A DNA stretch of 61,792 nucleotides, counting the filler, from Asterionella formosa (Eukaryota): the NCBI GenBank assembly GCA_002256025.1. It is 23 parts of 23 records of this genome, joined end to end, with 100 filler letters (N's around TTAATTAATTAA, not from the genome) between each part and the next. Parts side by side here need not be neighbours in the genome. Positions count along the whole stretch, not along the records: positions 48,486 to 51,068 come from NKIB01015093.1; positions 51,169 to 53,751 come from NKIB01015094.1; positions 53,852 to 56,432 come from NKIB01015095.1; positions 56,533 to 59,112 come from NKIB01015096.1; positions 59,213 to 61,792 come from NKIB01015097.1; 18 more parts are not named here. One strand, given 5' to 3'. A program made the translations under genes and the position numbers. A model generated the notes under the pieces. The model ran no database searches. It saw only the letters and a program-made list of their open reading frames with translations, and had not been told where the DNA came from. Shown one piece after another: positions 49,018 through 59,400 of the stretch (positions are counted from its first letter, which is position 1; each line of letters begins with the position of its first letter).

Positions 49018-50756
49018 GTAAAAAACTGCATTGACCCACAGGGAAAATTTTCGAACTGCATCATTTTCTATTTCTTAGTATGCTCCAGAATGTATCTTGA
49101 GCATACTGTATACCAGATGGAGTCATACTGTTAGTTCTCAGCCGATTGGACGTCGATCTTTCGATTTAATTTAGGTCAAAAGTGGCGATCGAAAAAAAGG
49201 TGAAAAGCACGGATTATCCCAAGTTTGGAGTTCTCATCTTGTATGTCTTTTCCATAACCTTGTCAATAATGATTCTATTAAAATTTTTAATGAAACCCGG
49301 GTCGGCCGTGTAATACCGGTATCTGGTATGTATGTAGTCAGACCATCATAAGTAATGGTACCTGGTACCTACCCGTGGGGACAAAACTGGTACATCTATG
49401 ATAGTATCAGGAATGGTACCTGGTACTGGTATGAACGGGTTTAATGTATGGAGCATCATCTATTTTATGTCTTTTCGCTTTGAACCAAACAGGATAATCC
49501 GTATTGACCAACGAATATAAAATTACTTTCAGGTTTGTTAAAAATTTCATATACTCCATTGACCAGTGAGACTGAATTTTACGTCTATGTTGATGAATAT
49601 AAATATCTTCTGAACCAGATGTTCAATTTTTAGCTATGGCTGGATGCATGATGAACTACATTGGGTAGCCATCGTAGCTACCCGTACAAAATAATACCAG
49701 TACAACATAATTTTATCTTAAGTAAAATGTTCTATAAATATATAACATACATATGTGTAAAGTTTATGTACACATGCATCCGTAATCTCGTTGTTGTCGT
49801 CGTTGCATTCATTCATGACAAACATGAAATCACAGTCCATTGCTCAGTGATGGGTGTGAAATCGTTATTGTATCTTCATTGCAACTTCTACATGATCTTA
49901 TTTGAGACATTCCTGTACAGTTTCAACTCCAGCTTGCCCATTATCAAGCTCAAGAGTGTGAAACCATTGGTCATGTAGGCGTGGATCTCCGTGCCCAACA
50001 AAAAATAGTTCATATAAAAAGCAAAATGTGTCGTCCCATGCCGCTTCCGGTGTGTAATAGTAACGCTACTCATAGCTTTAGTCGTTGCTGTAACAAATCG
50101 ATAGTTCTATTTGCAATCCTATAAATTGACGCATGTTCTTCTCAATTGTAGATTCGTAATTTCTTATGCAATTTTAAGATATCTCTATATTTCCTTTTCT
50201 ATTGCATCGTTCATACAATGATATCTTAGAACTCAAAGGCGCAGCGACTCCTTTGCCATTTTGATGGAGAAATAGCTGATCATCAACATGGTCAATGTGT
50301 TGATGACAACATGTTGACGAGTCTCTCAATACCTGGTACCAGGGTGCTAGTAGCATGTACATACAGGCTCCGTAAGATGATATGATATTTGTTATTATAT
50401 TCCGGTCATTTTTATTTAGGCTACGCATATGCATATTACTGCTCACATATATCTAGATGTTCGTAGCTGGCCTGTCACCGTTGACAATCCTTGTTACTCC
50501 ATGATACACTTTGAACAAATTAGTGATACAGTGTCAAGTTTGGAATGAACGAAATTCAGTTCAAATCGAGTTACCATTGCTGATACATTTTCAAAAAATT
50601 TCAAATTCCGTGATACACGAAAAAAATGATAAGAACGGCCCTTAAAATATGACATCAATACTTCCGAACAAATTTCAGAGAGGCATAGGCAAGCTAAGAG
50701 CTAGTCGAATTAGTCAAACGAATAGGATAAAACAGTGGGTCAATGCAGTTTTTTAC
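49018..50756. mobile_element. Complete non-autonomous DNA transposon (~1.74 kb) with perfect 22-bp TIRs
   Basis: GTAAAAAACTGCATTGACCCAC (49018-49039) is the exact reverse complement of 50735-50756. No credible internal ORF. TSD not resolved. Confidence 0.75.
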
Positions 50757-51395
50757 AGGTACCCTGGTACCTGGAAGGTGCAGTAGCACACGTTTATGTG
50801 CACCTTTTCAGTTTCGATGCACTCCCACCAATGGATCATCTCATGCCTGCCAACCAAGATAGGCCAGCTTTCGATGAAAATAATATACCTTAAGCAATTC
50901 AGGAAAATTTTACTCTTACTGACTGATGACGATTTGCCGACTGATGAACGGGTTCAAGAAACTGTAGTTCTTGTGCGTAGCTAGAGAATCCTGCATGATG
51001 CTGTCTCCGCCTTGACCATGTCGAAATTAACAAATTTCTCTATGGAAAATGAAAACGATGCTATGCTGNNNNNNNNNNNNNNNNNNNNNNNNNNNNNNNN
51101 NNNNNNNNNNNNTTAATTAATTAANNNNNNNNNNNNNNNNNNNNNNNNNNNNNNNNNNNNNNNNNNNNCATCACGCGTGTACCGGTGTCCGAATGGAAAC
51201 GAAGCAAAGCGTTGAGGCATTTCACGATCAATCAGCTTGATATTTATAACAACAGAACTTAGCAGCTGACATTTATATCCCAGCGGTGCCAACAGTCCAA
51301 GTCCTCCGCCGCCTTCACCATTGACCATCCTTCATTCATCTCAGAGTTCAATACGAGCCGTCCCTCTGCACCGCGAACTATCCTAGACGATCAAC

Positions 51396-52145
51396 ATGAG
51401 ATTCTCCGCCTTTGGTTTCCTCCTTCTGTCCGCTTTTTGCCAAGCTTTTCAAGATTCAGATTCCGGCAAGCGCTTTAACCAAGCGGTATATCCAGCCGGG
51501 GATGAAGTGGTAGAAATGGTTCCAGGGTTTATTGACCCAGAGCAGCGTGCAGCTACCACCGATGATTCTCTCATGCAAGAGAGTAAACCTCTCCCCATGC
51601 AACTGGCTCCTGAGATCGAGGATGAAACAGACATTGAATTACTCCCAATTCAGCTTGCTCCGGATACTGACGACGACAATTTAACAGAAAATAAACCACT
51701 TCCCATGCAACTTGCTCCGGATACTGACGATGACAATTTAACAGAAAATAAACCACTTCCCATGCAACTTGCTCCGGATATTGACGATGACAATTTAACA
51801 GAAAATAAACCACTTCCCATTCAACTTGCTCCGGATACTGACGATGACAATTTAACAGAAAATAAATCACCTCCCATGAAGTTTTTTCCTGAAAATGAAG
51901 ATGGCGAAGTATCGACTCCCATTGAAAAAGCTTTTGTGGAAGGATTTGTTGAAATGCCGGATGACAAAGAAGTCCAGGGTGACGCAAGCTCAACTAGTAT
52001 TCACATGGCAATTGATGGCGAAGAAACAGACAATGCATCTGAGCAAGCTAAGTGGACACAAATGACTGTTGATGGGGAGGTGGGAACTAGGCATTTACGG
52101 GGAAACGGAAAATACTATATCTCACCGGTGGTGGTTGAAGATTGA
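51396..52145 (+). CDS. Secreted acidic protein with 19-aa tandem repeats and an RXL motif; 3' end uncertain
   Basis: Signal peptide MRFSAFGFLLLSAFCQA, repeats of PLPMQLAPDTDDDNLTENK, and RHLRG near the ORF end. Confidence 0.75.
   Translation: MRFSAFGFLLLSAFCQAFQDSDSGKRFNQAVYPAGDEVVEMVPGFIDPEQRAATTDDSLMQESKPLPMQLAPEIEDETDIELLPIQLAPDTDDDNLTENKPLPMQLAPDTDDDNLTENKPLPMQLAPDIDDDNLTENKPLPIQLAPDTDDDNLTENKSPPMKFFPENEDGEVSTPIEKAFVEGFVEMPDDKEVQGDASSTSIHMAIDGEETDNASEQAKWTQMTVDGEVGTRHLRGNGKYYISPVVVED
51654..51880 (+). repeat. Coding minisatellite, 57-bp unit, about 4 copies
   Basis: CTTGCTCCGGATACTGACGAYGACAATTTAACAGAAAATAAACCACTTCCCATGCAA repeated. Confidence 0.95.
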
Positions 52146-54129
52146 TAATATCCCCTGGTATAATCAAAAATTCATAGAGCAGACAGAGGGATTGTGCGTC
52201 ACATTGGTTAGACTTTTCCTCCTATTATTACAGTGGACTACTCAAATATCAGATGCAAGTAAATGACATTTTTTAGGTAGACTGCAACCTTAGTTTGAAG
52301 TGCCTTTCCTTCATCTTCTATGTGTGTCCTGTAAACTGGGGAATTGGTCTAATGTGATTAACTGCTGTAAATAATTCAGTACATTATACATTCCCATCAT
52401 ATCATGTAGACTATCACATGGAACACTTGTTCTGTGCAGGTAGACATTTGGATGTTGTGGCACTTCCATAATGTTTTGGCCTGCACTTCAGACAGTTAGG
52501 GTTAAAAGAAATTGGGCTTCTAGATGTTATGTAACTTGTTGGCACCAGTGCAGCACAAACTTCCAACATTGTTGTGATATCATCCCAATAGAGGTAATGT
52601 GTTAAATTTGGATAAAGGTGTATCATTTTCAGTGATAGCACTTTGATAGATGGCTGAGATGAAACTATTTTGTAGAGAACATTTGCATGATAGTGTGGCT
52701 GGTGAGATACTTGGTGGGCAGGTGACCAGCAGGGAAAGTAAGTAAGGGATAGATGCCATACTATGAATATAGGAGTATTCTTTATTAACTAGCTACTTCA
52801 GATTCTAGGATTGCTACAATGTCTAGCAGCCCACCATCCACCTGGAATTGACTGTCTACTCCAGTTACAATAATTCCCTCCAGGATACTAGCTAGCCATT
52901 ATAGTTCATCATACAATGCAACCATCATGGTGGTGCGTGATCATTAGTCAAACACACCACCACATTGCTCCTCTACTAATAATATCACATAATATTTAAC
53001 TATATTTGTAGGAAAAGACGGTCTAATTCCAGTTGAAATACACGTTCCAAGTAAGCAACATAGTGCTAGACTAGAGCATGCAATCTTTATTTACAGTGAA
53101 TGTGTTCAATGCAATTACGGTAGTCGTGTATGCCACCACCTTGCATACCAATACCTCCTAGTAATTATCTGGTGCTATGTTGTTAAAGTATTACCTTTTT
53201 AGATAGATCTATATCGTTAGATAAAGAAGGATATAGATAGAGATGTTCGTTTCTCTTTCGTTTCTATTTTCTTATTGTGAGTTACTAAACTAGTTTAGGT
53301 TGTTCGGTTTGAAAAAACAAATGAACTGTTCTCCAAATGCTGTTTGTATTTCTAGAAAGATACATTCTTAGATAGACCCATGTCTATCTCACACTTACTG
53401 ATCATAGATTTATAACCATTGATCATTTATTTCAAACTATCGGTCTTCCGAAATAGCTTAAATTGTCAGGCTCATTATGGCCAGAGTAACGATGTTGAAT
53501 GTGTTGTTGATGAGAGCTTGGTACATCAAAGTCGACTCATTCGAATCGTTTGACTCATTTGACCATGAGTCATAACTACCGGTACGTTCACTTTTATACC
53601 ACCAGGTACATATTGTCGGGATGAACGTATCAAATGACCTCCCCCTTCGTCCGAACACAGATACAGACATAGCAGGTGATACTTCATGTTGTCAAAAATA
53701 TAATACACATAAGTATTATGTGCATCCTGCAGAAACGAGGACACTACCTGGNNNNNNNNNNNNNNNNNNNNNNNNNNNNNNNNNNNNNNNNNNNNTTAAT
53801 TAATTAANNNNNNNNNNNNNNNNNNNNNNNNNNNNNNNNNNNNNNNNNNNNTTCCACAACAAATATCATCTACCCACACTCATACTTCTCATTTCCCAAT
53901 GTAAGTGAAGAGGATATGTATCAATATGTTGAACCACTTCAACCAAATGTTCCTGAGAAGAATATTGATTACAATGAACGCATTAATCAATGGGACATTG
54001 ATGACGACGTTGATTTTGAATGGATCTAATAGAATCCAATGCATGCTTATTAGTTACATAATAAATATAGTTAGTGTGAGACTTCTACAATGCACAAACC
54101 ATATCATAGATGTTAGGAAAACATTGATG

Positions 54130-56432
54130 TTGCTCTATACTACTAGTAGTGGCGCCTGTACTGTATGTAGCGGTATACCTCCATTTTTACTACTATGGTG
54201 GAATGATAATTTCATGACTCTGTATTGTCCAGCACAGCATGATCGGAGTGATGCTCAATTTATTATTAATAATTCATTTTCATTCTATCCTGTTCATATC
54301 CTAACTTGGTCATCATTTGAAATTTGCAATGTCTTTGTGGACATTCCAATGGTGCGTGTTATCTGTGTAACTACAAATTTCGGAAGAACAAATCCCCATC
54401 TGAGTCTCACAATCGAAATTGTAGCAACCGTGTTTTTTATGCATATGGTCACTGTCGACATTGCATGCAAGATCATCGAGTTCCTGGAATACATAATGAA
54501 ACTATGTATTGCGGTAGTGCATCGAATCATTCAAAGAAAGAAGTTAATGGCAGTGTAACTGCTGCAGCATTTAGGGACGAGAGTAGACAACAAGAAGAGA
54601 TTATGTGTCCTTTCCTTGAATCAAGTGACCACAATCATCCATTTCATGAAGACAGCGACGATTCAGTTTATAACAATATTCAGTCACAACAAGACGAACA
54701 ATTGAGACTAAAAACTATGCAAGGATTGAATTCAGAGACCATGCAATATTCAGATTTCCAAGATCACACCGGCTTTCTCTCTGAAAATGCAATGGAAATG
54801 CCCCTTACTCCTCAATTTCAACTTCCAACAAGTAAACATTCCTAAACATGCATCCAATCGAATTAGAACTCATGTTATTCCTTGACGAGAATTACCTTCC
54901 ACCAGTTTACTTTGATCATCTAATGAAATGGCTGTTGAAGGCCAAAGCAATGAAATATTTTGATGGAAGCAAGGTATCAAGCTCCATCCTACCAAACTTT
55001 GAAAAAACGCATGGATGTGAATTTCATTTCCACCAACATTAGCTGGTGGTCAACTGTTGACCAAACAAATACAGATTGATAACAATTCAAACATGATCAT
55101 CCCACGCACACTCCATTATTTCGAACCAGTACAGCTCATTGCAGGAATTGTTACGTGATTCCGATATCATGCAACATTTTGTATGTCACCCACAAGTGAA
55201 ACTTACAACTTGTGGAGAATGCATGCATATATGACAAAGTAATATCCGCGACTTGGTTTGAAAATGCATTCAACAATTGTCCTGAATCAGAAAATGGAGT
55301 GTTGAAGACAGGGTGTTTATTTGTTGCCCTAGCAGTTTTCAGTGATGGGATGGTTCACCTATTGATAAACAAATGAAACATTCCGAGAATCCATTTTTGT
55401 TGACAATGTCAAAATTAACGTTAGAAGGAGGGAAAAAAGTTGATGGATGGCAATTGGTATCTCTTTTGCCAGACCCCCACATTGAAGTCAGTGATCTGGA
55501 GAAACAAATGAATAATAAGTTATCTGGTGACGACTTGTCCTTATGTAGACTCAAATTATACCATTCTGTTACAGGATTTCTTTTGTCGCCTTTCGAAGAG
55601 CGATCCAAACAAGTCATACGATATTTGGGTTCATGGTCTCGGTATGACAAAAGTTTATTTCCAGATTGGAATTATCATTGGTGGCTGATACAAAAGAGCA
55701 CAACAAAATTTGTGGTTTCAGGGGTGGTAATGGATTATATCGACGATATGTTTGTCGTGATTGCCTGGTTTCAACTGATTATGCTGATAATCCCGATATT
55801 GCATGTGAACATCATAAAGTGTCAGATGTTAAAAAGTTTTTAAACAAATTTCTTGACAAAAATGCATATCCTGATGGAAAATTACCATGTATTCCACCTG
55901 TGTATTGTGTCTCCCAATCTAATGGCAAATATGCAACAGCAAACGAGTGGTGCCGTGTTATATCGCATAATCCTACTATGCCTGCACTAAAAAATACATT
56001 TTTTGGTGGTGACTTAGAAGGATTATTTGGTGCAACTCCATTTGAGGTTCTTCATCAATTACTACTTGGAATATTTAAGTACATTTTGGGATGATTGAAC
56101 AATTATCGGACTATCCCTGAAGAATGGACATGTTTTTTTAAAGAAAGAAAATCTCCAGATATTCCAGAGAAAATCTCTGATCAGAAACGTATCACTGAAA
56201 CAACAGACACTGCTTTTCTTGACCAAGAGCAACCGAAAAAAAAGAAACGGGCAAAGACCAAAAAGGACACACGCACCAGTTACCAAGAATATCTACACTG
56301 GCGAAAATCAAGACCCAACACTTGTACCAGCACCAGGAATGTATTTTCGAAACTATACTTCGAACAAAGTGCTAGATATATCAATAATCATTTGGAAAGG
56401 CAAAGCGATCATGATATTCCAAAATTGTCATA
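54130..56432 (+). mobile_element. Plavaka-like DNA transposase pseudogene (N-terminal to central part)
   Basis: Ordered motifs across frameshifts: Cys/His-rich N-terminus, LMLFLDE..LPPVYFDHLMKW, DGSPIDK..SENPFLLT, WQLVSLLPD, LKLYHSV, DTKEHNKICG, CRDC, PFEVLHQLLLGIFKY. Confidence 0.72.
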
Positions 56433-56532
56433 NNNNNNNNNNNNNNNNNNNNNNNNNNNNNNNNNNNNNNNNNNNNTTAATTAATTAANNNNNNNNNNNN
56501 NNNNNNNNNNNNNNNNNNNNNNNNNNNNNNNN

Positions 56533-56747
56533 TCCCTTCTTCCTCTTGTTTCAATACCCGGTCGGAACATGATGTGCTACTGTGAAACTGTACCTATTGC
56601 TACGTTAGTACTGTGAGACTGTAGGTTTGACCTACCAGCATTCCCTTCTTCCCCTTGTTTCAATACCCGGTCGGAACATGACACATGTACTAAGAAACTA
56701 TACCTATTACTACGCTGGTACTATGAAACTGTAGCTTTGCGCTACCA
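56533..56747 (+). repeat. Tandem repeat, ~109-bp unit, 2 copies
   Basis: TCCCTTCTTCCYCTTGTTTCAATACCCGGTCGGAACATGA starts at 56533 and 56642. Confidence 0.88.
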
Positions 56748-56950
56748 ATCTAATGTATATTACTGAGTATGTCGGTGCTGCATTGCTTCTGCACTCGCCC
56801 ACTGTTTAATGCATCCTTTGTTGACAGACCATTATCCCTTTCTGCTTCCTTGTTTCTCTTGACATTCGCATGCTATCGATAGTGCAATATATCTTTTGTT
56901 ATCTGGGCGGAATGGCAAATGTTCCGAGTGCTACATAGAATGGAACGATA

Positions 56951-58140
56951 ATGGTTGTGAAGGGGGTACCGATTGCAGATTGTTCAATCAGGAAAAACGT
57001 GTTTCTATGGCGCATTTTATGTCTGTTCAAGAGACAACGGAAAAGTAAGGAACGACTCTTACTGGTTAGATACTTTGATCATGATGACAAAGGCAAGGAG
57101 ACGAGGCTAGATGACAGTGTCCTGGATTTTGTTCTCAACCAGTTCTATTTAGTCCTAGAGTCTGGCTTGTTTAACAAAACATCATTTGGAACTTCAAGGA
57201 AATTTCGGAATCATATAGGACCAGCGATGAATTATGGAAGACTCACTTTCCTCGAGATTTTAGACTACATCAGAAAGACAACAATATGCCGCCAAATGCA
57301 GCAGAGATAAAAGACTTCCTATGTTTCATCACTGATTCATTACAACTAATCAAAACAGTTCTGAGAACAGATAACTTCCTTTATGTTATCGACGGAATTG
57401 AACAAGAACGCGTGTTTTTCCTCAATCTATCTTTCCTTCCAGATGAGTTTTTTGGAACAGAAGAAAAAGACGATCCATTTTTACATGTGGCAAAATCTTT
57501 TTGTACTTCCGAGAAAATCTATAACCTTCCTCTTCATTTGTTGAAACAAACATTCAAAACAACTGCATAATACAAAGAACTTGCAAATACTATGGAAGGA
57601 AAAGCCATGCAAGTCAGTGTTTCCTTTCAAGAATTATACTGACAGCTTAAAATATTCAAAGCTGGATCTGCCAAATGTATAACCATTTTGGCATATGATA
57701 AAGTCATTGTTACTACCAGGTTCCAATGATGTCTCCAGCAATAATGACAGAGTTATACCGCACACTGCCACTGTGTTGTTCACCAATTCTGGAAAGAATG
57801 GCTACCCAAAACCTCAGAAACCACATCAAGATTATACACCAACAGAATGCGAAAGGGAAACACCTATGTCTTGGGGAATGATAATGTCGTTGTCTTTAGG
57901 AGGGAATTGATTAAATATATGGGATAACTGTGCAGATGAGAAACATGCAATACATTTGTCCACACCATTCAAATTCATCTTTCTCATTCATGGAGATATA
58001 GTCCATGGAGGAGCTTTGGATAATAGTAAAAAAAATGGTGCTCTTCGGATTCATTTCTATTTATCGCCAGCTATAAAACAAAGAAATGGACACACTGTCG
58101 CCAAACTGAAACGACAAGATAACAACATACACCCTGATGG
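56951..58140 (+). pseudogene. 2OG-Fe(II) dioxygenase-like (DSBH) gene with frameshifts and stops
   Basis: PQKPHQDY (HxD), SWGMIMSL..G*LNIWD, LIHGDIVHGG (distal H), GALRIHFYL (R). ORFs 57695 and 57956 are in frame across one TGA. Confidence 0.72.
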
Positions 58141-58141
58141 A

Positions 58142-59112
58142 TCAATTCTGGCACAGACATCTGTTCTTTGTTTTGTTCTGTTCTGTTCCTTCAATGTAAG
58201 TACTTTTCCGTGAAGTGTATTGAATTCTTGTTGCCTTTTTGTTTCTTTTGTACTAATGACAATGCCTGAAATTCACTTCCGTTCCAGTGTAGCAGTAAGA
58301 ATATTTGGCCCAAGGGCAAAGGTTTGTGCAGAGGCCAGTAGTCCTGCTGTTATCCTCTTCTTGTGTCCCTCAATGTGTGAATCCGCTATCTCCTTTCTCT
58401 TTATAGCTTGGGCCTCCTGCTGGTTGATTCCATTTCGCACATACTCGCGTTTACAAAACTCGTTAATTCTTCCAACAATTGTTCCAGCAAAGCCAGTTTG
58501 GAGGTTTAACTCATCAGGAGGGAGAGTGGCAGTCTCTGTGGGCGCATTGATGTTCTGTTGTGTCGTGGTTGGGTTAGTTGAATCTCAGGGTGAAGCAAGA
58601 CATTATAGTTCAGGAGATACCATCCTTGTTCATAAATTGCTTTCTTGTTTGGCGTGGCAGAATTTGCAGGTATTCCATTCCTTTCCTTGACAGCATTAAT
58701 GATCAAAGAAAATGTTCCTTTGGAGGTACGTTTGTTGTTATTTTTGCTGTCTAGCATTTTATTCATGTACTCATCTGTTGCTTCAATCAATGCATTTTGC
58801 ATCTGGGGTTTGTTGCTATTGGTGGCAGCAATGGTGGCACCTTTGGGCCGTCCACCAACAGTTGTATAGTTGTACTACTCATGTCCTCCTTGTTTGTTTT
58901 CGTTGTGTTTGTATTTGCCTCCAAACTTCCCCAGGTAAACACACCATTGTTTCCAGTTTCATATGCCAAAGTGCCCATCATTGTAAACTGACTATCATAA
59001 TGCTCACTCACACCTTCATTGTTGTCATCTTCTTCCTCCTCGACAATTTCATATGAATTATGAATGAGATTACTGGGAAATAGCAAGGCAAAGCTGCCAT
59101 CAGCAGTCAAGA
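58142..59112 (-). mobile_element. Internally deleted copy of the pogo-like element at 32366-34955
   Basis: The reverse complement matches ~32617-33052 joined directly to ~34352-34865. Confidence 0.9.
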
Positions 59113-59400
59113 NNNNNNNNNNNNNNNNNNNNNNNNNNNNNNNNNNNNNNNNNNNNTTAATTAATTAANNNNNNNNNNNNNNNNNNNNNNNNNNNNNNNN
59201 NNNNNNNNNNNNGGTACCAGGTACCAGGTAGTTCAATGACAAGACAGCAACATCGCTCAAATTGCGGGAAAAACTAACTAATTCCCAAATGGGAATCATA
59301 ATATTTCATTTATATAACTAGTCTAATAGAAATATTTTACTTTTTTTATAATGGTTTTGTCATCCTACGTCACAGTAGATGGGTGGTTGACAGCATTTAG

